This document shows positions 24,609 to 37,110 of a stretch of DNA of 64,000 nt, in pieces. The stretch lies in the NCBI RefSeq assembly GCF_006345805.1, contig NW_021833018.1, positions 186,001-250,000 of the forward strand, in the 5' to 3' direction. Within the stretch, counting starts at the first letter, position 1. Each line of letters begins with the position of its first letter. The notes beneath the pieces were generated by a model, which was not told the DNA's origin, made no database searches, and saw nothing but the letters and a program-made list of their open reading frames with translations. This DNA is from Octopus sinensis (taxonomy: Eukaryota). Position numbers and translations under genes: made by a program.

Positions 24609-26777
24609 TCTTAATAATAAAATGGTATGGTGTGTGTCTGTCTGTCTGTCTGTCTGTGTGTGCACACCAACTTCAAATTGGCAATACGATGTCCTCGACT
24701 TACATGATGAGGTCCTTAAAACCTTCCCCCCAAAAAAATAAAAAAAAAATTTCTGCATTTTGGTTAAAATGAACAACTACAATGTCCTCGACTTACATGA
24801 TGAAGTCCTTAAAACCTTCCCCCCAAAAAAATTAAAAAAAAATTTTCTGCATTTGGTTAAAATGAACAACTACAATGTCCTCGACTTACATGATGAAGTC
24901 CTTAAACCTTCCCCCCCAAAAAAATTAAAAAAAAAATTTTCTGCATTTTGGTTTAAATGATAAAACAATACAATGTCCTCGACTTACATGATGAAGCCTT
25001 AAAACCTTCCCCCCCAAAAAAAATTAAAAAAAAATTTTCTGCATTTTGGTTAAAATGAACACTACAATGTCCTCGACTTACATGATGAAGTCCTTAAAAC
25101 CTTCCCCCCCAAAAAAAATTAAAAAAAAATTTTTGCATTTTGGTTAAAATGAACAACTACAATGTCCTCGACTACATGATGAAGTCCTTAAACCTTCCCC
25201 CCAAAAAAAATTAAAAAAAATTTTCTGCATTTTGGTTAAAATGAACAACTACAATGTCCTCGACTTACATGATGAAGTCCTTAAAACCTTCCCCCCCAAA
25301 AAAAATTAAAAAAAAATTCTGCATTTTGGTTAAAATGAACAACTACAATGTCCTCGACTTACATGATGAAGTCCTTAAAATCCCCCCCAAAAAAAATTAA
25401 AAAAAAAATTTCTGCATTTGGTTAAAATGACACAACTACAATGTCCCGACTTACATGATGAAGTCCTTAAAACCTTCCCCCCAAAAAAAATAAAAAAAAA
25501 TTTTCTGCATTTTGGTTAAAATGAACAACTACAATGTCCTCGACTTACATGATGAAGTCCTTAAAACCTTCCCCCCCAAAAAAAATTAAAAAAAATTTTC
25601 TGCATTTTGGTTAAAATGAACAACTACAATGTCCTCGACTTACATGATGAAGTCCTTAAAAACTCCCTCCCAAAAAAAATTAAAAAAAATTTTCTGCATT
25701 TTGGTTAAAATGAACAACTACAATGTCCTCGACTTACATGATGAAGTCCTTAAAACTTCCCCCCAAAAAATCAAAAAATTATTTTCTGCATTTTGATTAA
25801 AATGAACAACGCGAATGTCCTCGACATTCATGATGAGGTCCATTAAAACTTCAAGGCAAAAATCTCACGTATTAAGAAATCCTTGATGAAAACGACAGCG
25901 AGAATATAACAAATGATGAACTCCCAATTATTCGCGATAAAGAAATTCAATTCATCCTATGTTTTCTCTTTAAAATTAAATGCATATATCATTATCGACC
26001 ATGAATCAAAATTAAAGCTATTTATATTTGACTTTGACAGAATGTGCAATCACAGATTGCACGACTTTGAATAGAGTGTGCAATTAACAGATTTTGAAAA
26101 AACCACTTTGATAGTTGAAACCACATTAGCACAATCATTAACACAATTTACCACCAATTGACGCACGACCTTGAATAGAGTGTGCAATTAACAGATTTTG
26201 AAAAACACTTTGATAGTTGAAACCACATTAGCACAACCATTAACACAATTACCACCAATTGACAGCGCAATCAGAAGAATTTGCGTAAAAATATTAACTA
26301 TTTACTTGAGTTTTTCGTAAAGATAGAATTTATTTTCGGTATGCCTCTTTTCTAAACTTTTTTATTATTCAAAAATAATTTTTTAAATAGATAACCGAAG
26401 GAGGAAAAACGAAGCTGAAGAAAAAACGGTCAGCTTAATAAGGTAATTAATTAAATCTTTTTTGTGTGTCGCTTTCTTGCCTGCCGCATCTCCCCTGCCC
26501 CATTTCCGCCAGTAAAAAAACAAAAAAATAAAAAAAAAAAAAAAAGGAAATTACAAGGAAAAATGAAAAAATTAAATATAAAAAAAATAGACCACAAAAA
26601 AATGAAAAAAAAAGTTTGCAATGACAATAAACAAGGCCCAGGGACAGTCATTAAAGGTAGTTGGGTTATTTTTAGAGAGTGAGTGCTTTTCACATGGACA
26701 GCTGTATGTGGGATGCTCGAGGGTAGGCAGAAGAGAAAATTTATTCATATATGCCAAGGAAGGACGGACGACAAAGC
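24609..26777 (+). mobile_element. Non-autonomous Helitron copy A, 3'-truncated
   Basis: A|TC 5' end (TCTTAATAATAAAATGG), (GTCT)n, ~94-bp VNTR, helicase tail [26 protein letters not shown]. Lacks the hairpin-CTAG end seen in copies B and C. Confidence 0.86.
24685..25850 (+). repeat. ~94-bp tandem repeat, about 13 units
   Basis: Unit AATGAACAACTACAATGTCCTCGACTTACATGATGAAGTCCTTAAAACCTTC(C)n(A)nTT(A)nTTTTCTGCATTTTGGTTAA. Confidence 0.96.
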
Positions 26778-29688
26778 GGTCTCCGCCCTATTCATTTGAG
26801 TGACTTAATTTCCGCAACCGGTGATACCGGGAATCGCCTCTTGAATGCTTGCACTAACTTTTGCAATTTATTCCTAAGCGGCAAAATTTCTGACCATGCT
26901 AGAATTCTGTTCTTTTCCGCGAATCTTACAGCCTTGGGCAAGAAAGATGGCGGTATCAGGCCTTTTGCTGTTGGAAAGTTTTCGTCGTTTATTTGCGAAA
27001 GTTTGTTGCAAGTCCGTTATTCCTTCTATTGGCGAGCAACTGCAGCCCATTCAGTTGGGTGTGGGTGTTCCTGGCGGCTGCGAGTCTTCTGTCCATGCCT
27101 GTCGTTGTTTTATCCAATATTCCCCTTGCCTTATTGCAACTGGATGTAACTAATGATTTCAATTTTCTGGACCGTGGATATTTGTTGGAGGTCTGTCAAG
27201 ACCGTGTTCCACACTTGCTCCCCTTTATATCGCTTTCGTACTCGTTTCCATCACTTTTAATCGCCGGTGGTTCTTTCATTCTTCGTCCTGTGGCGTCCAA
27301 CAGGGTAATCCTTTGGGCCCATTATGGTTCGCTCTTGCCGTGGATGTCATTGCCCGCGTTAATGAATCACCCCTTAATCTGTGGTATCTCGACGATTGCA
27401 CCCTGGTGTTTTGTTAAAGGACTTAGCCAGTCTAATTCCGGCTTTATCCGACATTGGTCTGGTTATTAATTCCAGCAAGTTCGAGATTGTCAATCTCTCC
27501 GTTGAGCCATCCCTGTTTAAGAACTCCTCTCTTTTGCGGACTCTTTCCTGAGTTGAGACAGACACCCTTGTCTGATCTGGAAATTCTGGGGTCACCGATT
27601 CTCGCCGTCTCAGCTACACGAATCCTCCTTGCCAAAAAAAATCTTATAGCATCTCTTTGTGAAAAATTCTGTCATTGATCCTCATCCTTCATTCTACATC
27701 CTCAAGAACTATCTTTTGATCCCAAAAATCGTTTATATCTGAGGAGCTCACCTTGTTTTTATGCCACACAAGTGTTGGAATCTTATGATTCCTTAGTTCG
27801 GAGGTCTTCCGAGAAAATTCTCAATGTGCATTTCGACGATATTGGCTGGTGTCAGGCTAAACTTCCTGTGAGTCACGGGGGTCTGGGCCTCCGTTCCCGT
27901 ATTGATTTGACCCTTCCTGCTTTTCTTTTTTCAGCGTCTGGATCATATCTAATTGTCCAAAAGATTCTGGAAAAAACTACTGAATCATTGTTGGACCTTG
28001 ATATTGATTCGGCCCTCGCTCTTTGGAAACGCAATTTCTCTGAAGTCCCTTCCGATGTCTTTTCTCAGCGAGATTGGGACAAAATTCTTTGCTGTCGATC
28101 TTCAGCTGACTTGGAACCACTCTTCGACCAACACAGACTGGCTTGTTTCCGTTCCGCCTGTCAGCCATACTCAGGCTCCTGGCTGAATGTACTCCCTTCT
28201 CAGCTTTTGGATACTGTTTTCGAAAGGGATTCACTCCGTTTGGGTATCTGTAATCGCCTTGGACTCCCTGTCTGCAGACCTCACCCCTGCCGTTGTGGGG
28301 CTAAAGTTGACGCCTTTGGGCTACATCCTCTGTCTTGTCGAATGAGCGCCGGCCGATTTCCTCGGCACACTGAAATTAACAATCTAATTCACAAAGCTCT
28401 GGAAAGAGCTGGTTTCCCTTCAATTCTGGAACCGACGGGCCTTGTTTTTGAAAACGCAAAACGTCCAGACGGCTGTAGACTTTTCGCTTTTGAATCCGAG
28501 AGGCATCTCGTTTGGGACGTCACCTGTGCCGACTCTTTCGCCAAGGGAGCCTTGAATAGCACAGCTTGTCGACCCTGTTCGTCGGCCGAATTCGCGAAAC
28601 TAACGAAATATGAGGATTTACGCGATCGATTTTGCTTTTGGGCAATTGCCGTTGAGACTTCCTGTGTTTTTGGGGCCAAGACGCTTGCTCATCTTAAGAA
28701 ACTTGGCCCCCTGTGCACCTACCGCTCCAGAGATCCCAGGGAATTTATATCCTAATTCAGAGGATCTCGCTGGCTGTTTTACGCGAGAATTGTCTTTCAA
28801 TCCTGCGAGCCAGTACATAATAGCTAGATTTTTTAAATAATTTCCAATTATAAAAAAAATTGACATTAAAAAAGTAAATATACATTTGAGCATACGTTTT
28901 TATGTTGGTTTATATGAAAAGATTACTGACAACGACATATCTTAAAGTTATTGGAGTATATTTTAAATTTAATACTAAATTTTAGTTGTCAAATTCTAGA
29001 ACTTTTAAATCCAATAAATATGAACATAATGTTTTCACTGACATTCTCGATAAAACCTGTCTGCCAATATTGTATACGAGGACGAGCGGGTATATATTTA
29101 CCGCTCCTCAATAATCAGGCCTTGCTTTTCATGACATTTGCAAAACAGCACCTCTTCATATTTTAGTAATCCCCAAACAGAGAATCTCCTCATTGGCCGC
29201 CTGTCAGGCAGGGGTTGATGAAAATGTTGTTAAACAATCTATGAAAATTTCTAGATTTTGGACATTTGTTGATTGTTTGTACAAGGATTGCTAAAAATAA
29301 TGAATTGGGTAACGGCTACCGAATTGGTAAGGCTTTTCTTAATTTTTAGTAATCAATACTGGCCCTGATGGAGCTCAAACTGTTTATCATTTGCATGTGC
29401 ATCTTATAGGAGGTCATAAACTATCTTCAAATTTTTCATAAACAATTCTATGTTTAGACAATATAGATTATTTCTAATATTTTAAATAAAATTTTAAAGA
29501 GTTTTTCTTTTGCACCCAACACTATTGCATAGAAAGGGATGGTAATAAATCAAATTTATTTGAACCAATCTTCTTTCTCTGCTCGTTGCTTTTTCTATTC
29601 GCATAGCGATTCAGCTAGGCATGGACACCGTTTTTTTCGAAGTGCTGACAGCCACTGGGGAAGTTGTACTCATACTTATTTGATGATA
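26778..29688 (+). repeat. Direct duplicate of about 11388-14320 (CRE, HINT2 and flank)
   Basis: Colinear and near-identical; the differences I saw are almost all 1-2 nt indels. Confidence 0.95.
28914..29441 (+). pseudogene. HINT2: Second HINT2-like copy with single-base deletions (pseudogene or read error)
   Basis: Same exon-intron structure as 13535-14067, with 1-nt deletions near 29060, 29118 and 29260. Confidence 0.65.
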
Positions 29689-30060
29689 AACGGTCTATCG
29701 ACTTTCCCGTTTGAGTTCGGCAAGTCTCTGTTATGGGATGCGACGTGTTCAGACACTTTCTCGGAGCTTAACCTTCCTTCTTCAGCTGTCGAGGCTGGCT
29801 CAGTCTCTCGCAAAACCGAGAAGATAAAGATTGGAAAGTACAAGGAGCTCTCCGAACGATATCTGTTCACTCCCATCGCCGTCGAGACTTCCGGCGTCAT
29901 CGGCGAAAAGTCTCTTTCCTTTTTGAAAAAGCTTGGCCGCATGATTTCCCATAAACGGGGAGACCGACGCGAGTCCAAGTGGCTTCTCGAAAGGATTTCC
30001 TTGGCTATAGTACGTGGAAACTGTTTCCATTTACGAGGCCGGGAATTTAGTTAGTTAATA
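29689..30060 (+). mobile_element. CRE-clade 3' RLE fragment
   Basis: GLSTFPFEFGKSLLWDATCSD..AVETSG..LLERISLAIVRGNC. Confidence 0.86.
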
Positions 30061-31117
30061 ACTATTTGTCAATTATAAACTTCCATTTAGTAAAAAAAAA
30101 GTTGAATCGATTTGATCATAAAAAGGATATTCCCGATTATTCGGATTTGCATCAATATCATCTCTGAGTAATAAATGGTATTGATAAAAGTGTTAAAAGA
30201 TTAATCGAAAAGAGGGCCAGCAACCAGACAGATTGCCAAGTTGTTCCCCCGGATAACGGCAATAGAGAACCGCAGTAATTAATTATCTCCTACTTCTAAA
30301 TCGTCATCAAATTTCCACTTCCGCTTCCATTTTTTCTCCGGCAAAAACATGGCTTTCTAAACAAATTGTTGATATAAACAATCGTGCTCCTTTCTAAGTA
30401 ATTGGTTCTAATCCACCAATTGGTCCGAATCTATAACCACAACCAACTACAATTTATTTAGAAAAAATATTTATTTTTTTAAATAACGTTAAGGGTGCAT
30501 TATCCAACGCGTGGCATAGTATATTAAAAAAAATTAATTTTACAAATTACAAAGCACTAGCCATCAGATTACTAAAATTAAATCAAAAGAGAAAATTGTT
30601 GGCTATAAAATGAAAAGATAAGCCATAATTATGTTAGTCACTTGTACTTCACAACAACTCTATTATGTTGTGACCCGATAACGACTCTAAATCTCTTTAT
30701 TATTTGCCAACATCATCACATGGCTAGCGAAACACGACACAACGTGATTTTATTTAATTGTTTTTACGAAATTCTGTTAATAATATAATTTACTTAAAAA
30801 TTACCTTAATATATCTATATTAAATTTCCATCTCAATTTCTATATTTAAAATTCTGACCGCAGCCAAACGGCCTACTAAAACTTAAGTCCAGGCTTTCGG
30901 CTGACACATCCGGATATTTTTCCAATAATTTCCTTCCTTTCCTTAAATCGCTGGCTCGCTAACTGATTTAGGAAAAAAATAGGATCGCCGAGAGATGGCA
31001 AGGGGCTTCGAGAGAATTCAGGAGATACTATCTTTAATGATTTCGATTTAGATATTAAAAAAATACAAAAACTATATAAGCCGAAATGTATTTCTAAAAT
31101 TTTACTGAAACGAATAA

Positions 31118-32407
31118 TTATAATTTTTTAACGAGTTGTACTACATCCTCATCGCACAAAACGTGTTCTTTTCCACATTTCTGAGGTTGGTGCTTGACAG
31201 AATTCCCCCAAACAAAAGCACTAAAATATAGTAGAGACACTCACTAATTCAGCTCTCGAATAATAGACTTGTGTATCTTATTACAAAAATCCTCGATACT
31301 GCACTTGGAAACCTTAAGAACCACAGGAGATCGATAGTCTGGGACCTCACCTTTGGGTCGTGTGTATCTAAGAATATTAAAAAGTCCGTACATTCTAACT
31401 AGTCCCAGTTTTTCCCACATCGTTTGCAACAACTCATCAAAATTCCACTTATTTTCCGAACTAATTGGCACACAATTAGGCAGTTGGCACACCAAATCCA
31501 ACTCCTTTCAATAGACCCTAGAAAGAATAAACCTGAATGGATATTTTATCTATTTTATTAAGAACGTATATGCAGGGAATATATGTCCTATTCCCTTCCA
31601 CAATATCTATCAGGTCATCAAGGGAACAGTCCCCCTTCAGTAGAATGTCGGCGTGACATATTTTATACTCCGCCAGCAGAGTAGTGACTGTCTCTAAATC
31701 CAATTCTGATTGATCCACCTATACTATTGACATTTCTGAACACGAAACCATAGTCTTATAGTTTATTCCACCCTTCTCCTTCTTTCGAAAACTTATGGGA
31801 GGGACTGATTTGTTAAGACGAATTCCGAAGCCTTCTAACTCTCTTTCAATTATTTTTTTCTGTTCTAGTGGTCTGGTTACATCGAGGACCACAAAAATTA
31901 GCATGCATGTTCGGGCTACTGATATGACCTGCCTTCCCCTTCCCTTTCCGTCATTAGCCCCTTCGATGATTCCCGGAAGATCCAATAACTGAATTTTTGC
32001 TCCTTTGTAACGAATCACTCCCGGAACTGTAGTCAGAGTAGTAAACTCGTATTCAGCCACTTTTGAATAAACTCCGGACAAATTTGAAAGTAAAGTTGAT
32101 TTTCCAACAGAAGGAAAACCTAATTTATGAATTCTTTTTAACATTAATTAAAAATATTATTTATTACCAACAAAGCCGACTCGTGAATCTCCTGTCTTAG
32201 CCACCTCAAAAGTCTCGTGGTTGGAACTTCCCCCGCATCCTTTTGGGTCGAGTAATTCGCGCTTTAGTTTAGCTTGACGAGCTTTGAGCATGCAAATGTG
32301 ATGCATAGTAGCCTTATTTTTTTGTGTCCGATTAAGCTGTATATTAAATAATAACACTTGCTAACCTCGGCATCAATTTCATTTATTCTTTCTTGTATTT
32401 TTTGCAT
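31118..32407 (-). CDS. DRG1: Developmentally regulated GTP-binding protein 1
   Basis: [75 protein letters not shown]. Short introns. Confidence 0.95.
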
Positions 32408-32505
32408 CCTCGTGTCTGCACACCAACTACTTTCTTTAATTAATGAATAACAAAATTTAAATATTTTATATAAAAAAATTAGAAGATAAAATTAGTATCG
32501 AGAAT

Positions 32506-33690
32506 TTATTGAATAGGATTAATGATTTGATGTAAAATTATTACAAAATGGTTCCCAAATTCATCAAAAGTTATTTTAAAAATCGACTTAAGCCACATTA
32601 TTTTCTGATTGGAAAGAATTACTCTATATTTTTCAACTTTAATCTCTCCCACTAACAGTACTATTGCAATTAGAAACAAAAAAACAACACTGGGAGTGAG
32701 ATGAAGCAATTTTATAGAGATCCAATGGATGAACCATCGAATACAAATTTATGTCGGATTCAAGTTCGCGAGCTGACAACTGTAAAAAATACATTCCTCT
32801 ACTAATCTTATTAAAATATAACATTTCGTTGATGTTTATAAATGAAAAATCAAGTCGATGGGAACTCTGGAAATTTCTATCTTCAAATTTCAAATGTCTA
32901 TTCATTGGACAAAGAGGGCGAGTTGTGCAGGTGAAAACTAGTATTTTGTTGCCAAAATCCATTTCTGTTAGTTTTCGACTTAGTTTGGCCGACATATAAA
33001 TTGTCTAAATTATTATTAAATAAATACCTTTGTGGGAGTCTCGACCATGTTTAGCGTTCTAAAATTCAGTGTAAATTTCAAATTTAGATCCACACACATT
33101 TCTGCCCCTAATTGAAGTCCAAGTTCTCTAAATTTAATAATTGAGTTTGGACATAAAAATTCTTCGAGATTGTGATTTAAAAATTCCAACTAATTTAGAA
33201 AGAGTTAATATTACTTGTATAAATCCAAGATGGTCTTTTACTGAATTAGTGATAAACAAGATGTTTCCAGTGATGTCACAAATAAGGAAAAAGCCACCGA
33301 GACACTGTATAAATTTGCGTTAAAATTTACCTCAGAAATAATTAAATTAATTGAGAAACCGATATCTGTTTCGAAATGCATGCGGACTTCTTTTTTGTAC
33401 AAATCTTAAAAATTAGTCAGAAATTGTGATATAACATATGAATTGACGAGATTTGATGTAGGAAATAACTAATCTTAAAATCGAGAGTTTATCCAATTTT
33501 GCGATTATTTTTTTGTTAAATGGAAGTTTTTGAGCCAGCAACTGAAGCTGAAGGTTTAATCTTTCTCGATGTCGTTTACTCGGACTCTGGTTTGATCTTT
33601 TTTACTAAAAAAATTCAAGATAACTTTTGCATGCAATTCATGCTGGTTTGAGTGACTGTTTGATTGTTTCTTATCATTTCGTGCATATTT
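32506..33690 (-). CDS. AHR: Aryl hydrocarbon receptor ortholog (bHLH-PAS), ends just after PAS-B; start approximate
   Basis: bHLH SPSKRHRERLN..LPF..KLDKLSILRL is AhR-type. PAS-A LGGFFLICDITGNILFITNSVKDHLGFIQ; PAS-B FQSSHRLDF..VHPLDL..YRVI. Confidence 0.85.
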
Positions 33691-34635
33691 TGCACGATTG
33701 CTTTAATAGTTGTTAACCAATGCGCATGTCCACTCAATACTTTTGAGGCAGCTGCATTTTAGTTTAATTATATCTTTTAATAACTCGTGTATAAACACGA
33801 AAAAGTAACTCCAAATAAAATAACTTATATTGAGGTTCTATAAATAGATTTTGAAGTTTTGAATACTGGCACGATAGGGTTAATTTTTAGTAAAAATATT
33901 TACAAAACTAATTGCTTAGTGTTATTCAGATCAAAAAATTAGAAGACACTTTCGGAAAAAAATACTTGGCAAAATATGACAAATTAAAATATTTTAAATA
34001 CTTCGAAAACATAAATCAATATCATTAGTTTAACTTACTTTTATGAGTAAAGTTTCATTGGTTAAACTTACTTTTATGAGCAGAGAAACTAGCAAAAACT
34101 AGGTGGAGAATTTTTCTTAATATTGTTATTTTCAAAAATAAATCTAATAAATTAATTATCAAAATATCATTGAATATAAAGGAAAAAGTAAAATAATTTA
34201 AATAATTTGTATAAAAAACATTAATCCAATACTATAAAATATGCATTTTTATCAAATAGAATTTTTGAAGTGCAAACAAGTTTATACTCGAATTCGATAA
34301 TTATTTTTATTCAATTAGATATTTAAAAGTATCGATCTCTAACAAAATTGATCCATTCTAAATAATAATTATTCAACAAATCATGAAAGTTCAAAAATAG
34401 CAAAATTTTTTTATAATTAACAAAATGTTTTGAAAATATCTCTAGAGCTGATGTCCCTGCTTTTATATCCTTACATGCTGACCACAAGAATCTTTTTTAA
34501 ATAATATTATGAAACCTTTCAGGAATGACTGAGGATACACAGATTGCAGGTCAGATAACCTTTAAGGTCTTCCTATTCATGCTATGCAGTATTTGTTATA
34601 AATTATTATCATTTTGAAGTAACAAGATTAAAAAA

Positions 34636-35792
34636 TTAAGACATTTCAACAACCACTGGCATTTCTTCGTCGTCAACAACGTCAAAATTCCACGAAAAGA
34701 ACTGCAAACAGAATTCTTTAAATTCACGGGCCTTTTCCTTTAATGGACATTCATCCAAATCAGAAATGTTGTCCATCAAGCGTCTGATATTGACAAATAT
34801 GAAATTCTCTCCATCTATAATATCCACGAACATATCTTGAGGAATTTTTTGTAAATGAAAGTACAAAACGCTCAAAAAACGTCCAAACATAATGTCATGT
34901 GTGTCTAACAGCTCTCTGCAGCTGCAAATGAGCTGAACGATTTCTCTCCACTGCTCAAGAGAAGCATAATTCAGTCCGCATAAAAATACAACAAAACACA
35001 ATTGCAGTTCGCCAAGTACCGTGTTAGACCTTGTTCCAAACACTGAAAGAAACTCCTTGCTTCTATCGAGACCAGATTTTGTAACTGACGAAAAATCATT
35101 TTCGGAAATAAGAGCAGATATGTAAGAATTTCTTGATATATGTGTATATCTATATGCAATGAACATACAATAAATATGCCTCATGCAGGTTGACTTGAGT
35201 GGCGCTGATGTTGTTTGTTTACCAGATAATCTGTCTTCAGTCGTACTAGAATGACAATACAGCTGAGGCGATGAAAAAATAGTTTTTCCAGTAGGCTGCA
35301 GTAGAGAAACAAGCTCGGAGTCTAGATAGTTTGTTAATGAGACCCAGTTGCGGTGTCTGCATGATTAGTAATATTTACTCATCAAGGGGGTAGCATGCTA
35401 GTCTTTGGTCGTATCTTTCCATATTTCCAAAGAAAGAATCGTCAGAATAGTCCAAAAATTCTTGATTGATTAGAAATATACAAACCTTCGTTTTTAGAGT
35501 CCCATTTCTTGCAAATAATCATATTTCCTGTAATATGGACAAAAAATCCTTTTCTAGATGAAGAATCCCCATGTTTGTTAGCAATGTTGTAATATATGAA
35601 ATGATTTCCGTCAGGTACCATTTTAAATCCCATAAAATTTAGTGTGGTGACCCACGATTTGCAGTTTATACCGATCTCAGTCTCTTTAGGGGGGTTCAGA
35701 AGTAAGATTATTCCATTCTTTCTAAATAGTTCTTTCGCTTTCTCTGAAGATAAAGGTAAAGTTAAGTCGTCACATTCATGTACTTTAGACAT
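34636..35792 (-). CDS. AAR2: AAR2 splicing factor homolog (U5 snRNP assembly)
   Basis: ELFRKNGIILLLNPPKETEIGINCKSW..FMGFKMVPDGNHFIYY and VLGELQLCFVVFLCG..LEQW. Confidence 0.9.
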
Positions 35793-36276
35793 TTTATTTT
35801 TTAATATGTTTTTTATTAAAAAAAGCAATTATTTTTTTTATAATTACGATAAAACAAAATTAGTAAATTAATTAAAGTAGAAAAATATCTTATTCAGATA
35901 ATATTGGTTCCAGCTTCCTCCTCTTTGCTTTTGATCTGACTCCTAGATTTTTGGGTAGAAAATTCATAGAGGACCTCATCATTTTGGGCTTGTTCTCTGT
36001 TTTTGGTTAATTATAAGTAAAACAATGATTTTCATAATTTAATCTGTATTTTGCTAAATTGAAGTTGGTTAAAGAAAGCATAAAAGTTATTCCTTTGACC
36101 ATTCAGAGTTACAATGATCAGAAACTTTATTCACGGAATCCAATTAAGCCAATTGAGAAAATTGGAGACTGACTCCGAGAGGGTATGGAAAACATGCGGA
36201 AATACAGACCCTCATTACGAAAATTTCGATTGCTATAACCAGAGTAAAATCCTGCCAATAAAATAAAATTAAGATA

Positions 36277-36720
36277 TGTCACAGTCCGATAAAGAAACAC
36301 GCCGTTAATGAAACGCCAACATCAAATTGACAAAAAATCATATCGAAAAAAGATAAATTATTAAAAATCGTCATTGGAGAAGATTAATTAGTTATTAATT
36401 TTAATAAAATCCGATTTTTAAGGTTTAAATTAGGAAGCGTGATAGTATTTGGATAGTGAGACTAACTAAAGAAATTTTCAGTATTATACAAAATATCAAA
36501 GAAGAAAATGCAGAAATTGGATTTCCAGATAGCATGAGCCGCCTCGAAAGGTTCAGAATCAGAAAACTATCTGAATCTTTTACATTCGAAAATGGAGTTG
36601 TATTCTACAATAGAACTGGTCTAAAATTGCATTTTTTTGCGAGGATGAAATGGAGCTGAAGCTTAAATTTATTGAAGTAGAATTTATCTCAATATAATTT
36701 AGGCGGAACATAATCTAGTT
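36277..36720 (+). mobile_element. Ginger-like element left end plus transposase N-terminal fragment
   Basis: TGTCACAGTCCG terminus. The ORF aligns with the 42529 N-terminus (RIRK..F..LKFIE) and has a 26-nt intron at the same position (36677-36702). Confidence 0.6.
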
Positions 36721-37110
36721 ACCTTCAATATCAAAATTTCAAAGCAATGTAAAAATTTAGGTCAAAAGACGTATCATCGGATAATCAGATAATCGAATTG
36801 TTAGTTAACGAAAAATTTTCTTAATCGTTTATGAAACTGATTTCAAAAAAGGAAATTTTTTTAATATTCTTATTGGGGAAACAACGAATTTTTAAATCAG
36901 GTATCTTACTAATTGTATGCCTCAAAAACAGTAGTCGAGGGAAACTATTTGCTGAAATAGGACTATTACCAGAACCTATTGTTATTAGATCGGAAAAAAT
37001 GACTCGGATCTAAAGAAAATATGTAACCGAAGTTCTTCTCTTGATGTTTTTAAATTTGGCCTTTTTAAATTAAAATAGAAATTTTTAATGAAATAGTTAA
37101 TAAAGAAATG

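Noticed and set aside
24685-25850. Regular repeat array as CRISPR
   Set aside because: Units are head-to-tail ~94-bp copies with no unique spacers, inside a Helitron in a eukaryotic context; no cas genes.
30490-30800. TTAA|GGGTGC as a Kolobok or piggyBac-like end
   Set aside because: No matching opposite terminus found.
34032-34080. 16-bp direct repeat AACTTACTTTTATGAG upstream of AHR
   Set aside because: Two copies only; a simple local duplication with no evidence of regulatory function.
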